Assembly (NCBI GenBank): GCA_000708835.1
Contig: DF237318.1
Span: forward strand, 1-32,358
DNA: 32,358 nucleotides
Reading direction: 5' to 3'
Source: Klebsormidium nitens
Taxonomy: Eukaryota > Plantae > Klebsormidiophyceae
Part shown: piece by piece, positions 10,659-22,087 of the stretch
Numbering within the stretch: position 1 is the stretch's first letter
Layout: every line of letters starts with the position of its first letter
The notes under the pieces: generated by a model
What the model was told of the DNA's origin: nothing
Seen by the model: the letters and a program-made list of their open reading frames with translations, nothing else
The model's database searches: none
Program-made: the position numbers and the translations under genes

Positions 10659-13600
10659 TCACCTACCACTCATCACATGCTTGAGCGCCGCTAAGGCGAC
10701 CACGCTGACCTCCAAAGCAGCGATTGGTCGCCCATCCCTATCCACCACCTCTAGTTGCTGGGACTGCAGATCCCGCCCGCTGTGCAGAATCTCCCCGAGG
10801 TCTATCTCCGTGAAGCCGAGCTCGTGGTATTCTCCGAATGCGGCCCCTTCCGTTCCGATGCAGAACGGAATGCAAGCGTCCTCCCCAGCGGAAGAGCGGA
10901 GCATAGCGCACAACTCCTGGCGCGCGGCTGCGTGCGTGGCGGCCGCGAACGAGTAAGCTGCGACGAGATGAGGAACTTGCTTCAGAATTGTTGGCTTCTC
11001 TGCTATCCTTCTCGTCCGTGATCAGGATCAAGTACTTTCGTCACAACACCGCAACGTAAGTCAAATGTCGTTGTGCAAGAGACAACTTTTTGAAGAGGTT
11101 CCGCCATCCAAAGAGGGATGGGAATGACCGGACTGCGAGACGTCGATACGAAGCTTGAGGTGATAAGATTGCATGCCAGTGTGGGTCAAAGAAAATTTTC
11201 GCTTCTGGCGCCTTAAGCCCACTCGTGGATTAAATTGTAAGGGGCGTACTGGACCGCTGTGGGTGAATCACAGATTCCCCTTTTTGAGACATTCAAAGAG
11301 TTCCAGTCAAGAGTTGCTGAGAGAAGCGATTGGAAAAAGCACGGGCATTGCGCTCTCACTTCTAGAGAAGGCGATGTCTAGGAGCGACCCCGTCTTGGGC
11401 ACCGACTGGGTCCTCTGGTCCGTGACCGGTACGAACCGCGGGAGGAAGTCGAAGAGAACAAACACCCGCTGGATGATTGGGTCGCGTACCGCCTCCGAAC
11501 CTAGCCGTAACTGAACCAGGAAAAGGGGCATATTGTCAACCACGATGCTGTGAGATACATTCTAAAAAGGCAGCGAAACAGACTGCAGCGCATAAATTCT
11601 GAAGGCTACTTCAGTCGCCTGCAATTGAGCCAATTCATCTTTCAAAGCATCATCATATTCTTGTTCTCATTTTAAGGCAAACGGAGGTGCAAAGAATTGC
11701 ATCGAGGAGCCAACCAGGCAATCGTGCGCTACGTCAACGTGGCAACCTGTGACTGGGACACTCGCAACCGATTACAAGAGATGACGTCCTCAAGCGAGCA
11801 AGGTGGATATTACTAACGTCGCCCGTTCACACTTTCTTTTGCTGCCTCACCTTATGAATGGTAATGCTCACGACCGGCCCCGCTTCCGGGGGGTTCCCCG
11901 CCCCGACTACGATGCTATGTCTCACCCCCCCGTGCCCTCGCAACCGTCCCACCTGACTCCCCCGGCTGCCCTTGCTAGAGCGTGCCTCGCTAGTGCCGCT
12001 GCTCTCGGCTTCCAGCGCGCCCGCCCGGGCCTTTTCCCCGGGACGTTTCGGGGCGACCCACTCGCTGCTCTCGGCTTCCAACGGTCGCCCTCGGGGCTGT
12101 TCCCCGGGACGTTTTGGGGCGACCCACTCGCTGCTCTCGGCTTCCAACGGTCGCCCTCGGGGGTGCCCCGGGGTGGCCCAACCGACCTCTTCGTCGTCGG
12201 AGCTACCACTGTAGCGGCCGCGCATTCGGGGGGCGGTGCGAGTCCCCCGGTCGGGAGGAGCGTGGAAACGGGAAGGCGTGGAGGGCTGGCTAGATGGAGA
12301 CTGCTGGACAAATGAACAGTTTTTGTCATCAGCAGACCGGGAGATTATTGGAGGTTGCAGCGAGGGACAAGCGTCCCGACCGGAAATATGGTAGCGTACT
12401 ACTCGCGGAATCTGCTCGGTATGCTTCCTCGGGATGAAGATATTCCGCTCGGTCTAGGCCGGTTCACAGAGGCTTAGTGCAACTCTAGAAGCGGAAGCTA
12501 GTGTCCACTCTCTTTGTTGCAAGAGGGCTGCGTGAACGTCCTTCGCGAGTCGTTCTCTACAAACGAACTGCAGTTGCAATTTCACAAAATACATAAATGA
12601 AAGTTTGGTACTCCGTCCTTACCTGCTCAGAGTCGGGTCCCCTTTTCTCATCCGCCCCCCGCCTCCCAGTTGACTCCCGATCACCCCCCCGTTTTGTATT
12701 CCCTCGTTGCGACTTTCTCGTGGGGGCTTGGCTGCCGCTGCTGCCCGCACCCCCGCTAGGGCCAGATCCTTTTCCGTCCTCAAGTCTTCGTTCCTCGCTC
12801 CTTCTACTTTGATCATCATCCTCCGGCCGCCGCTCTAAGGAATTGGCAAACCGCGCACTACTCGTAACGGATGCTCCAGGGGCGTCCAGTCGCCGGCTTC
12901 CACGTGGCAACTTCTCAGTTGGATGCAGAACCTCGTAATCTGCGTCGAGGAGGTGTCCCGCAACAGCTGGGGATGCCGCTCCGGTAATCCTTGTTCCGCC
13001 CGGTTCCGCGCTGGTTGGTGGCGGCGGCGCGCGCCACGAGACTCCCACAGCCAAAGTGCCAACCACCTGACGATTGGAAAGCTTTACGGTCAGAAGCATG
13101 GTGAGAGATAGAGTGCTGACGTCATCATTGCGGCCGCCAACATATGCAAGAGAAGATTGCTGACGTCAGCACACCTGCCTCCCACCTTCCGGCAACTGCC
13201 GTCCACACGTTCGGCCTAACAAAGACGGCCAAAACTGTCGCCCCGTTTGCAATCGAAGACCTTCGAAGCTGGAACCATCTCCTCCGTGCACACACACCGG
13301 AACGTTTTTAGGAAGGATTTGAAAGCGTGACTGTACGCAGCTACGCTACGGAACGCGAGCGGAACGCGCACCTTTCCGGCCCTGTCCTTGACCGGGAGCT
13401 CGCCCTGCAGTCCGCCCGCCTCGATGAGCGCCTTGAGCGGAACTTCCGCCGTGCCCACCAGTCCCGCGTTTTCCAGGTCCGGGTCCGCATCGTCGAGCAG
13501 ATGCACCTGTGGTGGCGAGCCGTCGCTGGTTAGTTGCATAACGTGCGGGTGAAGACAAGCCGTGTTCGGATTCGTATTTGACAGCTTCCAGAGGTTATGA

Positions 13601-16600
13601 GTTGCTGTAAACGCTGCTTTCTCGTCGGGGGCTAGCACTATCGAAGTCCTGATTCTCTTCGCGGCCGAACTACTTCCCTGTTTGCGGCCGGTAAAGTCAA
13701 GTCGCCTGATATCGTGTCGGGACAACGTAGTTCGAAGATTCAGTCAACAAGTTCGCTGCGAGCTTTACGAACCACCAAGACCACTTCCTGGCAACGCCTA
13801 GAAAGTTTGACGCGACGAACGCCCGCTCAGTGCCTTGAATGAGCTTCGCTCTTCATTAAAATGCTGACTTAGGACGGATAAATGAATGGCCTACCTGCAA
13901 GCTCGCCGCCCGAAGCACCGCATCCAACGGCGCAGATCGCATGAACGGGTACGCCGCCACGTCAGCAAAGTGCGGATTCGGGCCCGCCCCAAACCGGGTG
14001 TCGTGAACCGGGTACCCCGGGAAGCAGTAACTGCAGTACGGAACCAGGCCGTTTCCGCCGCGCGCGCGCCGGGTGGTCAGTCCCCGGGCGCTGTCGATGG
14101 TGACGTAGACCGTGGAGCAGGAGTCGGGGGACGCGGCAGCGGCTGCAACCGCGGCCGCGAGGGGGTCGACGGAGCTGCGCCGGCGGGCGGGGGCGGCAGT
14201 GGGGCGCGTCAGGAACGCCTGGGAATGAGAAGGAGATGAATGTTAGGAAGCGGATTTGCATGCTCTACTGAGAAGTGGATTGTTTCCACCTTCCCGCTAG
14301 TTCCTCGACTCCATGATTGACCACGTAACGTGATGTGCAAATGCGGTTCCAGGGGAAGAGTTGAGGTTAGCGCGCCCTTGGTTAAGCGCAAATCTCAAGC
14401 CGAATCGTCACCTCTTTTTGAATCATGCGCTTTGGGCATTACAAAGGTTCCAACATCAGAAAGGACCAAGTTAAGCTCGACCTCCCCTTCTTTGATCAAC
14501 CGTTGACGTCAACAGGTTACGATTCATCCTTCTGACGTCATCTTGTCGCCCCCCGTTTCAGTACCTGAAGCTGCTTAGCAATGCTCCGGCGCATAGCCAG
14601 GCTGTAGCGCAGCGTCCCGACCAGCTCCCCGCTCTCGTTCCTCAGTTGGACCTCCCGGGGCAGCTTCCGCCCGGCGGGCCCGCTGCTGTCGCCCAGCAGC
14701 AGGCTCAGCGGCAGCCCGGCGCTCCCCACCGTGCGGAAGTCAGGGCCGTCGCGAACGTGCAGCTCCACCAGCAACTGCGCGATCGCGCAAAATGGTTCAA
14801 GGGCAATCATGTAATGAATTTCAAGGACCGATTACCTAACTAGGAAAGGGGACAAATCACGTTGAATTGAGAACAGAGTTACCAGATGCCATTTCAGATA
14901 TAATCAAAGTGGCTAACGGGGTTGTTGCATAGAAAGAGAAATTTGTTCCAAGCGCCTGGCCTCTTCCCGTCGCGCATACGATAAAAGAAGCACTTTCAAC
15001 CGTTGCGGAACCGTTCCCTTGAAAAGAGAACAGCTCCTAAATGGTTAAGGTAACCGCAGAGAAGCTTGCAGCCAGAAGACACAGGGCTTGTCGTCAAGCC
15101 TGTCACATCTATGTTTTCCTGCACACGCACCCAGTGTTTGGAAACCATCTGTAAAATACTTTTTGAGGTTAGCTTTCTTGTCTAGGCGGTATCGCTTATG
15201 CATCGAAGCGATCCTTTACCTTGTTGTTCTGCGCGTACGAAAGGAAGAAGTCGTCGACGTTGACCACGTATTGGATGTTGCTGCCATAAGCGGGAGACGC
15301 GCCGCCGACTACGCCCGTAGCCTGCATTTGCAATTGACCATTAGCGATCCCAGAGTATGAATGTTTGAAGAGGATTAAGAGCCCTTGATACAGGTGACGC
15401 AGTGTTCGAACATGATCGCAAGCGTTCAAAACAGATTTGAGACGCACTCGAGAGCGGACTAGCCCGAAAATGGAAAGATCAGGCCTTCCAACCAACCAAC
15501 AAGGCCGTTCTGAAAGTCCTGATGGGCTCTGATCAATCACTCCTCATGAGATTGCTGAGGCGTAAGCTTGGCGTTTCCAGCATAAGACGTTTGCTGGTCT
15601 GACAAACGTACCTGCGTGTCGTGCTCGTAAAAGTCAAATGTCAGGAACGTGTGTGGATCATTGGTGCCCAATTTGGCCAACTCCAGAGAAGCGCCCTGTA
15701 CCAGAGAACCGCAAATTCAGTCTACAACTTCGATGCAATCTGCTCCTTGAATCTCGCCCTAGTTACGCATTCTTGACGCTGAGCCAGAGACGTGGTCATC
15801 GCGCTCGCCATGCCCAGAAGCTTTGAGTCTCCAATCCTACCATACAATTATGTGCGACCATGTCTTTCACAGATTCAAACGGTGGACAACGTAGTTGATA
15901 TGCAGATCAGGCTGGCTGCTCCACCGAGCCCCAAAACCCTGATGCTGTAGAGACATTTCCATTCGCACCACCTTGGTGCGAATAACTAATTTCGAATTCT
16001 TTGCCGTTTCGCACCAGCTTAAGGAATTTTTTTTTTAGGTATTCGCAAGAGCCACATTTAGGTTGTCTTAAGCTTGTTTTCTGCATATGTACATGCTGAA
16101 TCTGATTGCGCAATTTCGCGCCAAGGCTGAAGGTCACTTTCGATTTTTCGCAACGACCGAAACTCAATTGATTCAGTGCAATTGGGAACGTCGCTAAATC
16201 CTGCGTAGCTACGCGTAGCCGCCGCAAAGTAGCCGCAACCTTTATCAACGCACTTCCGAGCGCCGAAACTCTCTCCCGTAGTTTTTCGCACCACAATCCC
16301 CCAATTCTTCTCCAACCCTTTACAAACCTTGACTTCCGGAAACGCCGATTCTCACCGCAACCCGCAGCTCCACAATGTTGCTCTCCTGGTCTAGATCCGC
16401 GAGCGACCCCGCCTCGCTTCCCCCCCCAACGCTCTCTGTGTCGCTCCAATCGCTGTCTCCCCCCCCAAGAGCGCGGCTCGCCACCAGGCTCGCGCGTGTG
16501 GCACGTGAACCCCCGGCTAGGAAACGCTTCAGCTGACCTTCCACCTGTCGGAGGCGCTCCCCCCGTGCGGACAGCTCGGCTTCTGGAGGAGAGACAAAGT

Positions 16601-19600
16601 GCTCGGGTTAAGACACCGGGAGAGATTAACAAGGTAGGGAAAGCCTGCTGGAGACGCTCCCCCCGGGCGGCCAACTAGGCCTCTGGACGAGGGAAAGGGT
16701 GCCCGGTTTAAGAGACCGGCAGAGGGTGAGAGCGTAGGAAGCGTAAGGGTATGGAGTGAGTGCACCGGTCTTGATGCAATTTTCGGGGATGATTTTGCAT
16801 CTTCTGACGGGAAACGACGAGCAGAACGCGGCGAAGAATCGATGTCATCCGACCTTCGAGCTTTATAATGATACATGTGATTGGTCTCGGTATCAGGAGA
16901 TACTTGAATGGCTTTCTTACGTCAGATCATTTTGATCACCTTCGAATCTTGCTAGCAAGAAACTGAAGACATGGACTCTTGTCATGTCTTCGGGTCCCTC
17001 TTCAACTCCTTGGAGAATGCTTCATTCGTTTTCTTATCATCTTATGAACCTGATAAACATCGATAGGTATGTCAATACATATCAAACTCTAAACGGAATT
17101 TATTCTCTCCAATTCAAGTCCGGGAGGCCTTCTTACCTAGCTTTTCGATCTTTCTCGTAAGCTGTCCCTCGAGCTCCTTGGCCTTCGCCCGACTACTCTC
17201 CAATTCCTGATAAAGAAAGCGGACTGTTGTGAGCATTTTTTCTCCTTTTGGCCAAGTAGTGAAGAACGCAAATCTGGAATCGTCGGTGGGAAATTGTCAC
17301 CAATAGGTGCATAGCTCTCACCCCATTGCCACGTGCACGGCAAGCAGTTGGATTGGGATCAACGGAACGCACTGATATCAATCGAACATTGCCGAAGGCT
17401 ATCATCTGCTACAGGAAGATTCCAGTTTGCTTGCTAATTATTGGCCCCAGTACTTACAACGGCTGAAGCCTTATGCTTCATCGTCTTTCTGCAGGAATTG
17501 ATCTGCCAACGTACCTGCTTCAGCTCCTGAACTGTGTTTTCCGCTTGATGCAGTTCCCGCTCCACGGTGTGAAGCTCCGTCAGCTAAGAACGAGAAATAG
17601 AAGGCATCAAGTTTTGATGCGAAACCAGGTTTGAGTGCACGAACTCTTGCGAAGCGCAGCCTCTTCGCGTTACCTATTTTGCTTTGTGCCCTGTGGCCAG
17701 AATCACCTCCAGGTGGCAAGCCCCAGATTTCGACGACCTGCATCGTCAGCACGGGCTCTTAAAAAGCGTGTGTGCATGACGGCACCAGAATATTATCCAG
17801 TTCTCTTCAATCCGGGTTGTCTTCAGTCCAGGAATCTGAGTCACATCCGCCCGGACGTATGTCCACAAACTACGCTTCGCAGACCCCGACAAAGGCACGA
17901 AATTTCGATTCTTCTTTTTCTTTTGAGTACGCGCTGCTTAGATGATCACAAAGATCGATCTTACCTGTTCCGTAAACGCCGTCCGGAGCTCATCCAGCTC
18001 TAGCTTCAGGTCCCGCTGCTCGGGGCTTCCCCCCTGGGAACTCGCTCCGTTTGCCTTGACCTCCGCCAGCCGCTGCATCAGCCCGGTGGGACCGCTCGGC
18101 CCGTGCTGACGTAGCTGCTCCGTCAGCTGATCCACCTGCCGTAAGTTGACGGGTTTCTCATTTATCCAGACAGATACCTGACAGTCAAAGTCAAGTATTG
18201 TCGAGACAGATACATGAAAGCCGAAACGCAATAGCGCGTGCAATCAAAGGCCAGTCTCCGTTGCCTGCTCCGTTGGCGGCGTGCTTAATTTCGAAGGATA
18301 TGCTCTTGGATTGCTTGAATGGATTGCGTTTTCCGAGGGTTTGGTTAGGGGGTTTGGTCTTATCCATCGAGCGGCCGCAAACGAACTAAACAAACAGAGG
18401 CCGTCGCTCGGAACGGACTCGAAGCCTGAGAAGGCTCAAACCGGGAATGGATTGCAGTCCAGCAGAACACGAGTCTGAGAGGCACGTACACGTCAACCCT
18501 ACAGGGCTAAATTACAAACTCCAGTTTCGAATCCAATTTCACATAAAATGCCCCCAAAAGATCACACATTTAGTTGAAGCCGCCGAAAACTCACCATAAG
18601 CGTGACCTTCCCAAGCTCCGCCCGCGCCCCGTCCCTCTCCGCGCGCGCCTCGCGGACCTCCGCCTCCGCCTGCTGCGCGCGCACGAGCGCGCGCTGCGCG
18701 TCGCTCGCCTCTTTCCGCGCCTCCGCCTCGCGCAGCTCCGCTTCGGCGGCCTGTTTCTGCGCGTCGGCCAAGAGCGCGCGCGCGCTTTTGAGCTCCGCGA
18801 GCGCGCTTTCGGGCGCGGCCATGGCCTGAGCGAGGAGGGCGACGTTCTCTTTCTCAAGCGCGAGCCGCTCGCGGCGCGCGGTGTCAAGCATGGGCGCGAG
18901 CTCGCGTGCCGCCTCTAGTTGTAGGACGAGCTCGGACTCACGTGCGGTGAGGCGGGCCACTGTTTTGCGCTCCTGCACCAGAGAATCCGCCCTTCGATTA
19001 CTTTTCTTCCAACGGTGTTTTTTAGTGTAAGGTCCCTACAAAGGCCGCGTGCTTCGAACGAACAGACCGGAGAAAGCTTAAGGACTCGTGTAAGAACCAC
19101 GGAAAATCAGGTGAACAGCACGGGAACGATGGAGACTTCGCCTCCCAAGGAGCGTCTTCAACATATGAGGGAGTAGCACCCGACCGGCGGGGTCTCCGTT
19201 TTGCGCACCCAACTTATCGTAAGTCGTAGGGCTTAGTAACGTACCCTCCAAAACTTTGACAAACCTCTACCAGTCTTTTAGACGGAACTGCTCAAGTGGC
19301 GAGGCAATGAGCTACCTGGTTCAGTTGCCGATGCGTCTCCTCCAGTTGCTGCAGCGCCTTCTCGTGGTTCCCGTTAATACTCGCGAGCGCCTCCGCCGCC
19401 GCGTCATACCGTTTCTGCAGGCTCGTTACCCGTTCCCACGCCGTTCGTAGCTCCGCGCTCAGATTGCTACTTTCTCCCCCCATCCTGATCCCCGCAAAGG
19501 TACCCCCCTGGACCGTGCTTCTTTGATTCACACCGAATCCCGCGTCCGCAACCATTGCCGCCGCGGCTCGCGCATCGGCCAACTCGCGGCGCAACCGCGG

Positions 19601-22087
19601 CACCTCATCTAGTTCCTTCCTGAGTCTCTGCAGTTCTTCAAGTTCTTGCCTCAGTCTCGGCACCTCTTCCGCCTCTCTCCTAAACCGTTCCGCTTCCGCC
19701 GCTTCCCTTCTCAGCTGCGGAACCTCCGCCAGCTGTGCCCTCAGTCCTTGCACCTCCGCGCTGAGCTCAGCAACCCCTCCCCCCGAAACCGACGCCGTCC
19801 TCCCCAGGGGGCTCTTCGGCAGTGCGTTTCCTACCCCCCCAGCCGGCGCCCGCTGCTCCAGCGTCCCAATTTTCATCCTGAGCCCCAAGTTGTCGACTTG
19901 CGCCGCCGCTAGCTCTTTCTCCAGCGCAGCCAACTTCTCCCTATATGCTTCCTCGGACGCCTGTAAGAACGTCCGGGGGGGGTTCTCCTTCTGCTGATTC
20001 GCCCCCCCCACGCTCATGCTGAGAACACGGGTGGTTGGGAGAGCGCTCATGGAGCGCTGTCGGTTAAGATTGGCGGGGCGGGTCGTGCGTGTCAGACGCA
20101 GAGTCTCCTCGAGGCGGCCTTTTGAGGTCTTTGCGAGTGCCTTGAAGTGGAGAACGCGTTCCTTCTCCCGGGTGCACGCCCGCACGCTTTCCCGCAGCTT
20201 TTCCTCCAGTTCCACCACACGCTGCAGACAAAGAGCGGGAGCAAGAATGCATAAGCCATATGGAGCGAGAAGGATGTGCAAGGGCTTCTGAGATGGAGAG
20301 CGCGTTCTTTCGCGCGCATGCACGCCCGCACGCTTTACGCAGCTTTTCCTCGCGCTTTACCGCACGCTGTCGAGAAGGAAGCAGGAAAGGTCTGAATACT
20401 TCCACAAGGCAGGATAGTATTGTCAGGGTCTCAAATTGGAGGATGCGCTTCGTTCTGCGCGGGCACGCGCGCACGCTCTTTCGAAATTGTCCTGGGGGTG
20501 GAACACGGGCTAAGATATCACAAATTGTCGGAACTGAGCCTTCAAAATGCGGAATTTTGACGCTACTTTTAAAGTCGAACAATTTAGCGACCAGGCATAA
20601 GCTGTCACTTGTAAATGCTTGCGAGCACTTGATCTGCCTCGACCGAGTCTGCTAGCTTTGACCTTGCTCAAGCAGAACGAGACAGTCGAGAAAGCTTGTA
20701 ATTAATAAATCGGGAGTGTAAAATCTCCAATGAAGGCGAAACGTCACGGAATCGTGGCATTCACCACCGTCAGAATTGCGTATCAGTCAGGTTTGTAACA
20801 TCGAACCTTCTCCATGGGTGGACACAAAGACGGCCGACTATCGCATCCCGCTCGCTATCCTCACCTGCTCGGCTGCAAACTGTAGCGCCACATTCCCCCC
20901 GCTGCGCACTCCTGACGCCGTCACGATGTCAAGTCTCATCTTGCGTTTGGCCGCCTCCTCTGTACGCGCCAACCGAGCCAACAGCCTGGAGATGACAGCA
21001 TGCAAATTGAGGAATGAGAGAAGAGCTAGCTACTGAGGGTGCGCACGGGTAGGTTTGTATATGCAAGATGCGTAGTTGCATCATTGGTCCAGTGGCCTTC
21101 ACACGTCTGTGGTAATACACCTCAAAAGCTTCAGAGCGTTCGTCGCTGATTTATCAATAGCTGAAGAAGATTTCATTGCCCCGATTCCATCAGGACAAAC
21201 ACGGCTCGCTGTTCTGCTGTTACAGAAAGCCTTTCGCCGTGTTTAACGTGAACATGCTCTGGCTCCGCTCCGTCGCAATCAACCGTCATTTTCTCAAGAA
21301 GAAAGATTCTGCACTTAGTGTTTACGGTCTACTCAGCAAGTCAAACTGTTCAAAGAGCTGGACATTCTGAACCGTTTCGCTCACATCTTATTCCTCTCCT
21401 CCTTTTCCGCAATGTCCTTCTTCAGCTGGAAGTTCTCCTGCTCCAGCGCCAGCAGCCGCTCATGCTCCGGCCCCGTCGTACACGCGCTCATGTTTCCCAT
21501 TCTAGTTGTTGCGCCTTTGCTCCGGAGCAAGCTGATTGCAGGGTCTGGCGGTGGGGGTCCGCTAACGTTGCTGTCAGTTTCGCCTTCCATGTATGCGGGA
21601 AGGCTCGGCCCAGCGGCCGTCACAGAGTGGTGCATCATGAGCGACTTGGAGAAAGACTTGGTGCCGGCCATCGATTCCCTCATAGACGCTGCACAAATCA
21701 AGAGCACGCTTGCATGGCTTGGTTTGCTTGCAGGGTGGTGCTCTGAGAGATGATGCAGGGAAGGCTTCGGAGGGGGGCCGAGAATTTGTGAACAATCTTT
21801 TTGCCACTTGCAGATGAGCTGGCTGCCCCTGTGATTTTGCAGGAAGAAGGCGCGAAAGTTGATGCCATCTATTTCATAAAGTCGAACCAGGACAGAAACT
21901 ATGTCGCTGATTAGCCAAAGGAACATGCAATATGCTGTGGGCTAGGAAGATAAGGCAGTCAACGCTTCTCTTTCTTACTGCCCCTCCACCAGCATTGTCT
22001 TGCATGGTAACCGTCAATCTACTGTGGTTAAATTTGAGTTGCAAGGCGGTCCAAGGCGAGCTTACCTTGATGCACTGGAAACTCCAT
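10659..22087 (-). CDS. RPGRIP1L: RPGRIP1L/MKS5/NPHP8-like ciliary transition-zone protein (N-terminal coiled coil + three C2 domains), ~1480 aa, 18 exons
   Basis: Fully phase-consistent minus-strand chain: 22087-22066 (tentative), 21688-21385, 20985-20865, 20221-19316, 18972-18607, 18135-17965, 17583-17515, 17206-17137, 16582-16356, 15695-15612, 15321-15220, 14774-14565, 14218-13895, 13506-13372, 13066-12623, 12300-11851, 11510-11360, 10957-10659. Family-like segments include ERLLALEQENFQLKKDIAEKEERNKMLLARL, long coiled coils and RGERLRQVEGQLKRFLAG. C2-1: NIVELRV..DPHTFLTFDFYEHDTQATGVV..NIQYVVNVDDFFLSY..LLVELH. C2-2: PYCSYCFPGYPVHDT..PNPHFAD..LVGTAEVPLKAL. C-terminal C2: IQRVFVLFDFL..ELGFTEIDLGEILHSGRDLQSQQLEVVD..IAALEVSVVALAALKHV. 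The first exon and start codon are less certain. Confidence 0.88.
11997..12160 (-). repeat. 66-nt (22-aa) coding tandem repeat in the RPGRIP1L linker
   Basis: PRGRPLEAESSEWVAPKRPGE(Q/K) twice, plus a partial ..LEAESSG copy. cgctgctctcggcttcca recurs at 11997, 12063 and 12129. Confidence 0.9.
16545..16745 (-). repeat. 100-nt tandem duplication of a 3' splice site and exon start (RPGRIP1L)
   Basis: On the minus strand the real site is ttaacccgagcactttgtctctcctccag|aagccgagctgtccgcacggggggagcgcctccgacagg. The upstream copy is ttaaaccgggcaccctttccctcgtccag|aggcctagttggccgcccggggggagcgtctccagcagg. The AGs are exactly 100 nt apart (16583-85 and 16683-85). Confidence 0.85.
19577..19726 (-). repeat. 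Five 10-aa (30-nt) coding repeats in the RPGRIP1L coiled coil
   Basis: EVPQLRREAA EAERFRREAE EVPRLRQELE ELQRLRKELD EVPRLRRELA. Confidence 0.75.
20140..20515 (-). repeat. Two decayed intronic copies of the 5' end of the large RPGRIP1L exon
   Basis: The real site is cag|cgtgtggtggaactggaggaaaagctgcgggaaagcgtgcgggcgtgcacccgggagaaggaacgcgttctcca. Copy 1 is cag|cgtgcggtaaagcgcgaggaaaagctgcgtaaagcgtgcgggcgtgcatgcgcgcgaaagaacgcgctctcca. Copy 2 is aagagcgtgcgcgcgtgcccgcgcagaacgaagcgcatcctcca. The shared anchor falls at 20181, 20327 and 20470. Confidence 0.85.

Noticed and set aside
15961-15983. Perfect 10-bp hairpin attcgcacca-cct-tggtgcgaat in an intron
   Set aside because: No nearby CTRR end or other Helitron/MITE hallmark on either strand; an isolated hairpin of this size is plausible by chance.
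15907-16674. 255-aa minus-strand ORF
   Set aside because: It starts inside the duplicated acceptor copy and runs out of frame through exon and intron; no independent gene is needed.
16766-16860. Possible extra RPGRIP1L exon (ARRSDDIDSSPRS..)
   Set aside because: It fits phase, but the acceptor at 16583-85 joins the previous exon directly and restores family-like EAELSARGERLRQVEGQL, so this stretch is treated as intron.
18574-20291. Several overlapping plus-strand ORFs opposite the coiled-coil exons
   Set aside because: Antisense shadows of GC-rich, Ala/Arg/Glu-rich RPGRIP1L exons.
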